Assembly (NCBI GenBank): GCA_964016885.1
Contig: OZ024747.1
Span: 35,836,001-35,900,000, forward strand
DNA from: Eledone cirrhosa
Lineage: Eukaryota
Length of the DNA stretch: 64,000 nucleotides
Direction: 5' to 3'
Shown: one piece after another, positions 43,031-56,610 of the stretch
Layout: the number at the start of each line of letters is the position of its first letter
Numbering within the stretch: position 1 is the first letter of the stretch
Program-made: the position numbers and the translations under genes
Notes under the pieces: generated by a model
Databases searched by the model: none
Seen by the model: the letters and a program-made list of their open reading frames with translations, nothing else
What the model was told of the DNA's origin: nothing

Positions 43031-44070
43031 TGACAGAGCTGCAGACCTCGGTCAAGAAGAGACCGAGACTGGATGACTGACAACTGAAATGTTGCCAGGC
43101 ACTCACTGCCCTCTTCCAGACGGGAAATGCGGTCGGTGGAATTTTCAGTTTCGAGTTCTATTGTAGATTAGTGGTGGGCTAGTGCGACGACGCAATCGGG
43201 GAGGCAATGGGAGTCGACGAAGTCGAACTAACCAGTTGTTCTGGAGGACTTTCGAGCCAGGGACGATGGAAAAATCCCTCGCTTGGAAGTGCTACCGGGG
43301 AGCACTGGCGGTTGGAGATAAACTCTACAGGCACGGAAGTGCTGTCAGACGGACCTTCCCGAGATGCGAGCAGAGTGACGAAACCGTTCTGCACGCACTC
43401 GTACAGTGTCCATGCATTACTGCCTTGTGGAGTTATGTCGAAGATCTGTTGTCACGTATAGAACGGATCCGGCTATCGGCAAAGTTCATAGTGAAGAGCG
43501 ACCTGCCGCCTTCTTTTGGCCAGGAAGGGCAGGCAATTTTCCTGTGTGGTGGCAGTAGTGAAAGAGGTTGTATGGTGGACTAGGTTAAATAGACTGAAGA
43601 CACTTTTCTCTTCGGCCAATCCCTCATAAACTTTTTCAAGTTACACTTAGAAACAAAGATGAGGGTGGAGAGAGAAGTGCCCCCCCCCCCCCCCAGTAAA
43701 TTTGCTGAAAGGTGGGTAAATGTGGCGAGAATGGCCCGTGAGAGTGGGCCTACTCTGATCATGCGCCTGTATGTGGGTAAATTTGACGAGGAGAGGGTCA
43801 CACTTCCCGGGTGCCCTCGAAGCGTCGGGTCTTTCATGATTGGTGGATACCTGAGCGAACCCTGAGTGGTTAGCCTCCCCCCCTACTGGGTATTTTTCTT
43901 GTCATATTTTTATTTTTACTTTATTATTGTTATTCATATTGTTTACTGGATTTTTCTGTAAAACACCAGTCCCAGTCTTTGTATTGTCCCCTATATGTCG
44001 GCCCCTGTGGCCAATAAAGGAAATCATTATTATTTTATTATTATTATTATTATTATTAGCAATAATAATA
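43031..44070 (+). mobile_element. Tx1/L1-type LINE 3' end, copy 3
   Basis: KSLAWKCYRGAL..ETVLHALVQC. Ends gccaataaaggaaatc(att)n. Confidence 0.88.
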
Positions 44071-44074
44071 ATGC

Positions 44075-44585
44075 TTTCTTTATTAACCACAAGTAGACAT
44101 TAAGGACGGTACAAAAGGGCATTTCTGCGTGTAAAAAAAACAAAAACAGAGGATGTAATAATAGAACAATGAAAAAATTCCCCAATAGGGGGGAAACTTC
44201 CGAGGGCCATCGTCGAGAAAGCCACGGTGACCCGGACCACCAGCGCAATTGTCCTCTCCCAGTTTTCCACCTTCAATTTACAGGCATATACTCAGAGTAT
44301 GTCCACTCACTCGGGCCATTCTAACCTCTCTCACCCATCTTTCAAGAAAATGCTGATTTTCTCTTTCAATTGAAATTGGAAAAAGTTAATCAGGGCATCA
44401 CCGAAGAGGTATGTGCTCGTCTTCAGCGCTTTCAAACGTGTCCACCATACTATCTCTTTCGCCATGTCCACCATACAGATAAAAACTGCCTGCCCTTCCC
44501 GGCTAAAGGAAGAGGGACTCAGCTGATAGTCGGATCCGTTCTACACGCGACAGCAGGTGATCGACATAAACCCACAAGTCAGCAA
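44075..44585 (-). mobile_element. Tx1/L1-type LINE 3' fragment, copy 4 (tail-to-tail with copy 3)
   Basis: Reverse complement similar to 41570-42240. Confidence 0.8.
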
Positions 44586-44623
44586 TGATAATAATAATAA
44601 TAATAATAATAATGCTAATAATA

Positions 44624-44750
44624 ATAATTGTTTCTACTTTTGGCACAAGTCCAGCATTTCCCAGTGCATTATTGGTACTTTATTTTATCGACCCCATAAT
44701 GATGAAAGGTTAACTTTGCCTTTCAACCTTAAGAGGTCGATAAAATAAAG
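44624..44750 (-). mobile_element. Truncated SINE with inverted duplication
   Basis: ttattttatcgacccc...gatgaaaggttaac then tttgcctttcaacc...ggtcgataaaataa. Confidence 0.8.
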
Positions 44751-45224
44751 ATACTATGATATTCATCGTGAATAAATGTTTCATAATACCTGTATATGTT
44801 ATGCTTATCCTTCTAATTATTACGTGTTTAAGTTATTTGAGAAAACCATAATCTAATGATAATGATGTTTATGTACTTGGATAATTGCTAGCCTTGTGCC
44901 AAAAGTAGCAATAATTATTTGAATATATGACTGTAGTTGTTTTGATTGTGATGTGAAACGCCTGGAAATACTATCCGATGTTCTAGAGTTACAAAAGTAT
45001 TTATTCGGCTATGGAAATACTGAGCTAATATTACAATTATTCGCTTTTGAGGCCACTGTAATTGAAATAAACTAGTAGTAGTAGAAATTGCCGTCATACT
45101 ATTGACTATTTTATGAATGATAAGACAATAATTCGGTGAAGATAATACATGCATAGCGTTTGTTTTGGTTGTAGATATACTGAGCCTCGTGGTCAATTCG
45201 AATATTTATATTTATAAAGCAAAG

Positions 45225-46740
45225 TAAAAGATAACAACACAGGAGTACAAGTTACAAAAGGTATTAGCTTCACGCTTAGTGAGAGTGTAGGTCTGGATGT
45301 GACGTTTCGGGCATAAGCCCTTCATCATGAGAGTGGGGGGGGGGAACTCCGAGAGGGAGTGAGAGGGGAGTTAGTGGGAAAATATTATAAAAAAATTATA
45401 CATGGGTTGCAAAATGAAAGATAAAAACAAGTGGTGAAAAATTGTGAGGCGTATAGAGGTAGTAGTGGGTGGGCTGGATGGGGTGGGAGTGTGGGGGTAA
45501 GTGGTCCGAGGACGGAGGACGGAAGGGGAGGGGTGTGTGTGTGTAGGTGTACGTGTGTGTGTGTGTATGCGTGGCTGAAGTCAAGAATGGTGAGGGAACG
45601 GTGGAGGGGTAGTAGTTGGCAGGTGTTAAGGGTAGCCTGTATGTGTGTGTGGAATGTGTGTATGTGTGTGCGGAGGTTTGGTGGACGGAAGAGGAGGTGG
45701 ATCAGTGTGAATAGTTGAAGGAGAGGCTGGTGTGTGTATATTAGTGAAGGTTTTACTAGGATGTGCGTGTGTGTGTGTGTGGAGGTGGTATTGGTAATAT
45801 GGGGGAAGATAGAGGGTGGGAGAGAAGGTGCTGGGTAATGTGTATGAGTAAGTCTATATATACTGGCGTGTGTGTGTGTGCGTTATTTGGGTGTGAGTGC
45901 GTGTTTGTCGTAGGGTGGGTGTTAGTATTATTAGTGGTGGGGTGGTTGAATATAGGTGTGTGGGTGAGGGCTACAGTTTGTAGTATGGGTGTGTACGTAT
46001 GAGTGAGTGTGGGTGAGTGTATATATGCGGGTGTGTGTACGTGTGTGTATTGTAAGGGGAAAGGAGGGTTGCGGGATTAGTATTATTAGTGGTGGGATGT
46101 TCGAATATGGATGCGTGGCTGGGGGTTATTAGTGGTAGTAGGGTGTGTACATATGTGTGAGTGAGGGTATATATATATACTGCGTGGGTCCGTGTGTGCG
46201 ACGGGTGGTGTGTCTGTATTATTAGTGGTGGGGTGGACCAAAGTGGGTGTGGGGTGGCTGGAACTTGAGGGAATTGTTGATGTTTTAGTGGCGTTAGTAT
46301 GGATGGGGGGAAGGGTCGAAGACTAAAGGAAGAGGGGTGGGGATTTCAAACGGGGGAGGGTCTGTAATGTGAAGATGGATTGTTGTTCGGCCCTAAGTCG
46401 GAAGTCGGGGGTCCCATGGCACTCAATCAGGCCGCAGACGGTCAGGTTGGGGGCGGAGTATCCGTTTGAGCCAACGTGGCGGGCGATGGGAGAATTCCGA
46501 CCGAGATAAATATCTCGGAGGTGCAAAGTGAACCGATCCGGCAGGCGACGACCGGGCTCTCCGACATAGGTCCGGCCGCACTCCGTGCAGCGGTGTCTGC
46601 AGGCAAGGTTGGATAGGGTGCAGCTGAAGGCATGCTGGACGGAGAGAGTGGCCGTTGGGACCCTGGAATGTGGTGGTGTGTTAATGCGTGGTAGCGATGT
46701 CTGGAGCAGGGAACGGAATAGGGGAGGGAAGTTTTGAAAT
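45225..46740 (-). mobile_element. Neptune-like PLE 3' fragment with GIY-YIG domain (46323-46640), C/A-rich 3' UTR and minimal HHR (45301-45327)
   Basis: FSCTLSNLACRHRCTECGRTYVGEPGRRLPDRFTLHLRDIYLGRNSPIARH...EQQSIFTLQT. TGATGA-agggcttatgccc-GAAAC-GTC. Confidence 0.88.
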
Positions 46741-49540
46741 TATGTATTCTGTAAGAGCGATAGATTACGATTCATATAAAGCGTCTAGATTTTATGGATA
46801 ACTGTGGACAATTAACGGTGATTATTGTACGAAATAAATCAAGTACGTAACTTAGAGTTGCAATAAAATGGTCTTATCATTATCGTTTTCAATATGTAGG
46901 TTAACACAAAACAGATAAACCTCTTCTAGCATCATAATCACATATCTTCGTCATTTAAAAGATACCATTATGTGCTTCTCTATTATTTCATGTTTAAAGA
47001 AATGATTAAATTACGGTAATCAGTGTAACCTTTGAAAAATAGGAATGTAGTGCGGGATTAAACAATAACTTTAAAAGTCAATAATTGCACGGTCAGCCAA
47101 CCGGAGAACGTCTATATAATTAATCGACTAAATATTGATATTATTCATATCTTTCTCATATTACAAATGTAATTTACAAAAGAGAACAAATGTGAAACAA
47201 ATGATCTACTCTTGGTTGTCACACGTTGAAACACGTACCATTTTCGTCAGTGTTGAAATACGTTTGAAACAGAGCTCTACATAGAATTATCCTGAGTTAT
47301 TTGTCAAGAGTATGTTTGACAGCACTCTTTTGTATTCTGGTATAATCATCTTGAAAATATTTTAAACACATACAAGACATGAAAGTAGTGGATATATCAC
47401 AAATCATGCATATGTAAATATAAATAATCGAAATCTTCAAACTAAATAGCCAATGGAATTGACGCAAGAAATGAACAAATATGTTTCCTTTCTTCCTTTC
47501 TTATCTGCATCAAATGTACACAAAAGCCAAATGAAAATGAAATATCAGATCGTGTAAATATCTCCCTTGAAATACATAAAGATGGATAAAATCGTAAATT
47601 AAATATTTTAATGGCCTGAGATATGAGGAAAATGTGTTTTCTACATCAGAAAATATAGTTAATATTAATGCATGTCAAGGTAACCCTACAACAAAATTCA
47701 TATATGTGAAATATAACTTTATATGCAAACATGGCGTCATAGTTACACTGCGTAAAATTATTCTCGTAAAACTAAAGACATTTAGTGTAGTTAATATCTC
47801 TCAAAATCTAAGAAACAAATGACTATTTAAAATATGGTTTTGAACTAACGAACATTAACAATGCTTCTGAAAAAGGAAACATTAAAAGTGGTTAAGAAAA
47901 TTATTTCAAACTTTTCACATTTAAAAGTAATCTTTAAATCAATTTGAAACAATGAATATAGCAATTCATTAGAAAAAATTATATTCATTTTTTATTACTT
48001 GCCCGCCTGCTTTTTCCTCTATAAGGCGGTATAAACAACAATCTTTACTTTCAATCAGTCAAACATAGGTTCTAAATTCAGATATTTCTAATTATTTTAC
48101 AATTTTACATGTATAAAATTTTATTTGATTTCCCCCTCACCTGTAAATATTGATCACATTTTAACAGCAATAGGAAACAAGGTACCATGCTTTATTTGGT
48201 GCACGCAATTACTCTTTCATATTCGTGCAGATATGTGATTTATTTCAAGTCCCACGAAGAGAGTTCATGTGTTTATTCATACTGAACAAATTATTATTAT
48301 TGTTTCACGTCCCTGTCCTTTTTTTTTTATCTCACTTTAGTCGAATTTCACCCCGTTCTTCCCTTCCCTCGTTTTTTTTCCTTTACTCAATTTCTCGATG
48401 TGTCACCACTTTGGTAATTTCCCGTTTCTATCTCCTATCCACCATATTTGGCCAATGTAAAGAAGACATAAAATACATTATAAAATAAAACACTTTGAAA
48501 TATATTGTTCAGTAGTTATGAAACCATTTGAAACATCGAAACGGTGTGTGTAACATATTGACTAAAATGCCTAAGAACATTGCACGTCTATCTTGGAAAG
48601 TACTTTACTTTATAAATAAATCACTTTAATCAATGGATTAAAGTAACAAACATGTATTAGATATTCATTTTCATATTTGAATATTGCGAACATATGTTAG
48701 GGATTAGGAATGAGAAGACCTGTAAACGTGCATGGCACTCTTCCATATATATATGACAAAATAATATATACATTAATGTAGACAACGGATAAATTGTTTT
48801 GTGAAAACTACTGGACTCTTAGATGAAACATGCATACATTTTTTATGTAAAAGGTTGCTAGTTATATTGACAGACTGACTTATATAATCTGAGAATAAGA
48901 AATTATAGAATAAGAAAAACTACAATCTTAGATTCTTGGAATTTAGAGTTCTTGTATATCGAATAAAGTGAAATATTGAGTAACATGTACGTGATTGAAA
49001 TTTTGATTCCCATACACACACACACGCACGCACCCCACACACACACACACTCACACACACATGCATATATATAGGATCATTCCATGTCAAATCTCCCAGA
49101 GTGTCCCTGGTCACCCCCTCAGTACCCCCTGAAAATATTCATACTAGCTCAGGTACCTATATGATGGAAAAATAACAAGTATTAGGTCAACATCTTCGCT
49201 GGTTTTGAAATTGTAGGCCTTTATAATATCAATTAATTTTACATGTTTTCCCGAACGAGTCTCTCGTACCAACTTCAGACAGCCATTTCTCCTCTAAAAG
49301 GTAAGCACAACTTTGAAATCATGTGTTTAGGGCTAACTGTTTCGTTAGAGTTCCAATATCGAAATCTCTATACATATTTCTATGAAGCTATACTTGAACC
49401 GAAATCCTATTTCTATTCTATTATAAGTTGGAACAAATTATACAGCTCATATGCAAATGAGATTAATCACCTCATTTACACACGAGAAAACTATATATTC
49501 TCGACTGTTCTCAAGTCCAGTAGTTGCAAGCGGTGGGAGG

Positions 49541-49586
49541 GACCGTCCTTATGAAGGCAAGTCAAGCCTGAAATGCATAGATGGTT
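49541..49586 (+). ncRNA. Minimal type I hammerhead with one core substitution
   Basis: gaccgtc-CTTATGA-aggcaagtcaagcct-GAAAT-gc-ATA-gatggtt. 7-bp stem I and palindromic atgcat. Confidence 0.75.
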
Positions 49587-49695
49587 GTCCCCCTAGCTTC
49601 TGCTGGACACCACCAGAGGGCGTTAGCCCCGGTGTTTGCATAGCTACAGCTTCCTAAATGTTTCCTGTAAACATACAGTGTCTCTTTAGAAATAC

Positions 49696-50730
<1,035 letters not shown>

Positions 50731-50734
<4 letters not shown>

Positions 50735-50923
50735 TTAATATAGATGAGATTCTACAGGACTAGAACTGTTTCATTCTTTAGAAATCATCAAGAATCCTGA
50801 TGATTTCTAAAGAATGAAACAGTTCTAGTCCTGTAGAATCTCATCTATATTAAAACTTTTATAATCTGCAATGTATTGAGTACCTTACTTACTGTGGTTA
50901 CCTCCGATTCAACCCGGAATAAC

Positions 50924-50925
<2 letters not shown>
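50731..50925 (+). mobile_element. Short fold-back pLTR with HHR (50791-50841) starting at the apex
   Basis: 60-bp arms 50731-50790 / 50798-50857. CTGATGA-tttctaaagaat-GAAACAG-ttctagtc-CTGTA-gaatct. Confidence 0.85.
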
Positions 50926-50969
<44 letters not shown>

Positions 50970-51252
50970 CATATATATATATAAACATAAATACATAACT
51001 ATCTATAATACATCAACTTTTGCACTAGATAGGTACACACGCACAAGTTTGCATTCCTAATAGGTAGTGAAATTAATACCAGTTACAAGTTGTACTCTCA
51101 GTCCTGAAAATATGCATGTGGTGCTTAATGACGTGTGAATCTTTATTAATTCTAAAAGATTGATTCATTACTTCTCAACAGTATAGAAATAATTGTCGAA
51201 ATTAAAGATAAATGTGTTCTAAAACATTGGAATATTCAATATATATATATAT

Positions 51253-51324
<72 letters not shown>

Positions 51325-51331
<7 letters not shown>

Positions 51332-51830
51332 GTTAGAATATGTGTAATAAGGCCAAGACAATGCAGGTATGGACATAGAAAAAAGAATGCAATAGTGAAA
51401 GATATTGATGTGAATTCGTCTTTCACCTTGAATTTATTTAGATGTCCTTAATTTTCGAGATAATATCTCTTCTTCGGAGGGAAGTAAAGGTCTCAAACCA
51501 GCGTCTTAAAATCTCTAATCAAGCCATGCTGACCGGAAATAGTATAGAGTATCTGTTCAGATACTCTATACTATTTCCGGTCAGCATGGCTTGATTAGAG
51601 ATTTTAAGACGCTGGTTTGAGACCTTTACTTCCCTCCGAAGAAGAGATATTATCTCGAAAATTAAGGACATCTAAATAAATTCAAGGTGAAAGACGAATT
51701 CACATCAATATCTTTCACTATTGCATTCTTTTTTCTATGTCCATACCTGCATTGTCTTGGCTTTATTACACATATTCTAGCGTTTATACCTCATTACACA
51801 ATGCTTCAAGTGAACTATAACCTCCTCCAT
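51325..51830 (+). mobile_element. Family D near-perfect palindrome (230-bp arms, 2-nt loop at ~51556)
   Basis: ...gagtatctg-tt-cagatactc... HHR-like motif at 51631-51669. Confidence 0.92.
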
Positions 51831-51837
51831 ATATATA

Positions 51838-52735
51838 TTAATAAGAGGAATTCCAACTTTGTCTGATTTACTCGTTTTATTTACAATCCTTTAAACTTTA
51901 TAATGGTATTATAATGAAATAGTATGATAGAATATTAAATGTTAAGTGTTAATTGAACAAGTACTTTCATGCTTTCGCAATCTTCAGGTTCATAATGTGT
52001 GGTGACAGTCAAGTTTGCAATTTTCAACTGTAATGAGATGGGTAAATTTTGTACCTTATATACAGTGAAAAGTGGCTACAGAATGCTAAATCTTGCAAAC
52101 TGTATTTGGAGCAATCGGTGTGTAGTTTCACTGAATTACTAAAGCTGATTGGTTTAAGCGTCACGGTTGGTTGAGTATGTCTAACGACCAATAATTGATC
52201 CTATCCAAAGCATCAATTGTTTTGCTATTTTTAGAAATGATGAAAATAGCATTTTATAGTAATCATCACCATCAACATCACTTTTATTATTATTATTATT
52301 GCTGTTGTTGTTGTTGTTGGTGTTGTTAGTGGTCGTAGTCGACATGGTCGTAGTCATAGTCATAGTAGAAGCAATACCCCTAAGCGTTATTATTGTTCAT
52401 TTAGCTTGGGTTTGAATTTATCAATGATTCTTTTCTTTCATTTTTCTCTTGATTTTATTTGGGCTGTGTAATTTGTAGAATGGGAATATTATAAATATTC
52501 CCTGACCACATGTTGCTAGATCGTTACTTAGGGGTATCTGACGGACAATTGGGGTCTGATTTGCAGACGGTGTACCCGTGCACGTTCCGATAGTGCATTT
52601 CCAGTTTGACCGACATATAGTTCTTCACAATTCGGGCATTTAATGCAGTAAATTAGATTTCTGCTTTTGGAGTTCATATTTGCATTTGGGAATATTTTTC
52701 CAGTTTTTGTTTTCATATATTGACCGGCATGTATA
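51838..52735 (-). mobile_element. Neptune-like PLE 3' fragment: GIY-YIG (52385-52735), 3' UTR, intact HHR 51954-51992
   Basis: SRNLIYCIKCPNCEELYVGQTGNALSERARVHRLQI..IFPFYK..FKPKLN. tgaac-CTGAAGA-ttgcgaaagcat-GAAAG-ta-CTT-gttca. Confidence 0.9.
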
Positions 52736-52744
52736 TATATATAA

Positions 52745-53505
52745 GTGGTTACAGAACAGTTAGTGCACCATACCCAGAACGATTGTTTCACCTTAGCAGA
52801 TCCTCAGCTCGTAACGGACATGGTTATACGGAACAGGAAGGACAAACGTACGAACGCGCATGCGCAGAAACGGTCACTTCATTCAGGTAATACTAAATTG
52901 CGTGCGAGAGGTGTAAGGGAGATAACTGCGGAAGTCCGGAAGTTTCTAGTTGATAAGAAAATTAGGATCCTGTTGTAATTCAATCCGGAGCTTTGTAGGT
53001 ATGTACCTAAGAGGTATGTACCTAAGACGTGTGAACAATGTGTGAAGAATTCTTTTCTTGAGTTTAAACAATCGCTATTGCGTAATCTCTTTAGAATATT
53101 TATTCGTTCATCAATACATAGTCCACACGACGGATTGCCCCTTACGTATGGCTTGGACTTGAATGTAGTAGTCTATAATTGCATCCTTGAGAGACCATAC
53201 GTGGCTGACGTGTTCCATCTATGAACGTCTGTCCGGGTACCTAAAGGTCGACTGCTGGTTCAAGAAGCATTCCTTAAATCGGCCCTCCGCCTTACCTACA
53301 TAGGATTTGACCTTCTGTGGGTGATTTAGTCGGTTGGAAGTGATCACAGCTTCATAAACTACACCGGGTGTGTTGCATTGCTGTTGAAAGGGACAAGCTA
53401 CGGTCTTACGGCAAGAGCACCCTGCTGGGTGTTGTTCTTAGGGCTGTTAGTGATGTGGGCTGACTGCTCTACGACTACGGATATTACTTTCCAGTGTTCT
53501 ACCAA
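52745..53505 (-). mobile_element. Third Naiad-type PLE family: degraded GIY-YIG (~53020-53500) + short 3' UTR with HHR 52771-52813
   Basis: CSCRKTVACPFQQQCNTPGVVYEA..SYVGKAEGRFK..HVWSLKD..PYVRGNPSCGLC..CLNSRKEFFTHCSH. gag-CTGAGGA-tctgctaaggt-GAAAC-aatc-GTT-ct. Confidence 0.85.
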
Positions 53506-53519
53506 TATATATATATATA

Positions 53520-54822
53520 TATATAAGAGAGCATTGTAGTTTGCTTGAAGCATTGTAGAATAATAAAAAAAATGTGGGCGTTTTGGAAGCCTCGACAATG
53601 GAGATGGGTAAATCTCCGGGTAACAGAATCCGGTGGTGAAAAGAGAGATGTGAGAGGAAATGTAGAATGAGATGTAGAGTGTGTAGAGGAACGTAGGAAA
53701 GAGCGTCAAAAATAAAAATGTTAACATGAGATAGAGTTACATTGGGAGAGATTTAATTGTGCCTATATTTCGGATTTAACATCCATGAACTGTGGGGGGG
53801 GGTTTTCCGAGGGGGAAAGTTATCTGTCGGAGAGGAACGGTACGTGGACACTGTTGTCCGCCGTTTTTATGTAACTGAGATATTCTGTAGAGCGCACGTG
53901 CGCGCGGAATAGGTGCGGTCAAGCAATGGTCGAGTCAGCTCCTCTTTATTGTGGGAGTGGGATGGTGTTAGCTGTCAATCCATTGTACTCAGTATATTCA
54001 GTCTTTGTTACTGGCAGTGTAGTAGTCTGCCTGGTCGCTTGTTGGTCGGTGGTTGGTGGAGGTGCTATACACACAAAAACTATCGTTCGAATGGCACTGT
54101 GCGTGTGTCTGTGTGCGTATGCTGCTGTCTCATTTGTTTATACCAGCCACCTCGTCTCGCTTCTCTCGAATCGGTCATTTATTGGTGGTTCTAGGCGTTT
54201 GATCCAAATTACTTCCTTGATTCGTAACGTGCTGACGTTGCGTTCTGTCGCTAGCTCGGTGACATTGGGCCTTCCGTCTTTGGATCCGCATTTGGTTATA
54301 TGTTTCCAGAAAGACGGCCCTGATGTTGATATGCTCATTGATCCGGATATGTGATCAAGGAGCACATCAATACCAATGCCGCGTCTTCCGGAAACACGTA
54401 ACCAAATGCGAATATAGGTAGTACAATGGATTGACAGCTAGTGCCATCCCACTCCCACAATAAAAAGGAGCTACCTCGACCTTTGCTTGACCGCACCTAT
54501 TCCGCGCGCCGGTGCACTCTACAGAATATCTCATTTACACACACACGGCAGACAACAGTGGCAACGTACCGTTCCTTTCCGACAGACAACTTTAGCCCTC
54601 GGAAAACCCCCCAGTTGATGGATGCGAAATCCGAAATATAGGGACAAGTAAATTTCTCCCAAAGTAACTCTATCTCGTGTTACTATTTTTATTTATTACG
54701 CTCTTTCTTACGTTCCTCTACACACTATACATCTCATTCTATATTTCCTCTCTACATCACTCTCTTCACCACTGATTTCTGTTACCCGGAGATTTACCCA
54801 TCTGCAAACGACCAAATGTTGT
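53520..54822 (-). mobile_element. Family E PLE (Poseidon/Nematis-like EN C-terminus) with inverted, internally deleted 5' copy
   Basis: SFWKHITKCG..ELATERNVSTLRIKEVIWIKRLEPPINDRFE (54138-54330). 54421-54822 is inverted to ~53570-53988. Confidence 0.82.
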
Positions 54823-54838
54823 ATATATATATATATAT

Positions 54839-55030
54839 AACGAAGGAAATGTGGTAAGGAACCAGGTGGACCATAACGCACCAAAGTACACAATACTTAG
54901 GGTAGTAGAGTGGGTAATAAGAACGAGTAGGACCCCGACGGCTGAGCTCAAGCCGTTTCGACAGCTAATTCTGGACAGGATTAGCCGTCGAAACGGCTTG
55001 AGCTCAGCCGCCGGGGTCCTACTCGTTCCT
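54839..55030 (-). mobile_element. Family G fold-back element
   Basis: gaacgagtaggaccccgacggctgagctcaagccgtttcgac / gtcgaaacggcttgagctcagccgccggggtcctactcgttc. Confidence 0.88.
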
Positions 55031-55051
55031 ATATATATATATTTTTATATA

Positions 55052-55159
55052 TAGAATAGAATGAAACGAAATTTCATTTCTCACTCTTAGACGGCACTTA
55101 CTTAAATGTAAGTATGTATGTATACGTACATACATATATGTATACAGACGTACAGTAGA

Positions 55160-55200
<41 letters not shown>

Positions 55201-55593
55201 TATATAGATATACATACAGGCACACATATATATATGTACGTATCAGTTTAGCGAACATTTATTATAATGTTCGCTTTGTTCGTTTGTAAACAAACGGACA
55301 GCCTGATTTATGCCGTACGGTGTTAAGGCAACCACGTAACCTTTTTGTTCAACACTGACACAGGAACGATGTACTAGTTTCAAGCTTGTTAGCTATCGTC
55401 AGCACCGTATACCCTTCTGCCAGATGGTTGAACGTTCGAAAGTATATACTTTCCTTATGAAAATTAACGGCTGAGCAGCCTAAGTTGCATATCGAGTGAG
55501 TTCAGTCGGCCAGGCGCACCGAAAACGATAAATGGAATAGAATGAAACGAAATTTCATTTCTCACTCTTAGTACGGCACTTACTTAAATGTAA
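55052..55593 (-). mobile_element. Family C non-coding unit (~480-bp period) with direct terminal repeat and HHR 55366-55408
   Basis: gaatagaatgaaacgaaatttcatttctcactcttag...cttaaatgtaag at 55054-55112 and 55535-55594. Confidence 0.85.
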
Positions 55594-55989
55594 GACGAAC
55601 AGACGAACTATCTTATAGAATTAGAAGGGCCCTAGCCAAGCTCAAATTAAATATTAAGACAGTCGAAAGGCTAGGCATTTCCACAAAAAAACTCGAATTA
55701 GCAGGGCATCTTTGAAATGGGTATGTTTTAATTTATGCTAATTTACCCATTTCAAAGATGCCCCTGTGCTGATGAAAAGGCATAGTCTGCAAGCTAAGCC
55801 AGCAAATTAACTGTAAAACTAGGAACGTAGTATATAGCATAAAATGTATTGAGGGACAGCGTGGGAATAAGAATATAACATACATAGGTTAAACATCCCG
55901 TAGCATAGGAGAAAGGATAATTGAACACTGGCGGGAACACCAGGATGGGACAAACTCCAACCAAAACTAAACAGAAAATATGAGTGGTA

Positions 55990-56432
55990 TAGGAACCTCA
56001 CAACTAGTAATTAAGGACAAAATCAGACACACACAGATAGAACAAACAAACAACTAGTGACAGGTAAATAAACATATAAATAAATAAACGCACACACACC
56101 CGCATGTAACGCATGCGCAGACTATGCACACAACACACAACACACAAAACAAGATGCTGTAGTACAGAACAAGGGAGAGATACAGAAAATAAAAACCTAG
56201 TCACTGAGGAAGTCACAGAATGTGTGACCAAAGAGATTTGACAATATACAAACAACCATCCAGTTATCGAACAAACCAATGAAACAACCGGAAACTTATA
56301 ATAAATTGAAGTGAAAACCAAAAGGTGCGTGACATTTTATTGGCAATATGAGCCTCCCAAAGCATAACAATATTTGTTTCAACACCCGTTTTCAGATAAG
56401 TAATCTCGGAATACGAATTCAAAAATGAATTT
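55990..56432 (+). mobile_element. Family H pLTR element, HHR-like motif 56200-56243
   Basis: gtca-CTGAGGA-agtcacagaatgtgtgac-CAAAG-aga-TT-tgac. Colinear with 57988-58312. Confidence 0.78.
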
Positions 56433-56437
56433 GATAT

Positions 56438-56484
<47 letters not shown>

Positions 56485-56610
56485 GATCAATCTACCAAAA
56501 TATACGGTAGTGTCCAATCCGTATGAAGAACTCAATGTAATCCAAATATCATGAAAAGAGACGATGTATTCAAAGAGTTTTTCGATGAAATCACAGGAAA
56601 ACAGAGTCAA

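Noticed and set aside
55703-55830. 21-bp hairpin followed by CTGATGA
   Set aside because: No GAAA box or closing stem I found. It may be another decayed pLTR but is unsupported.
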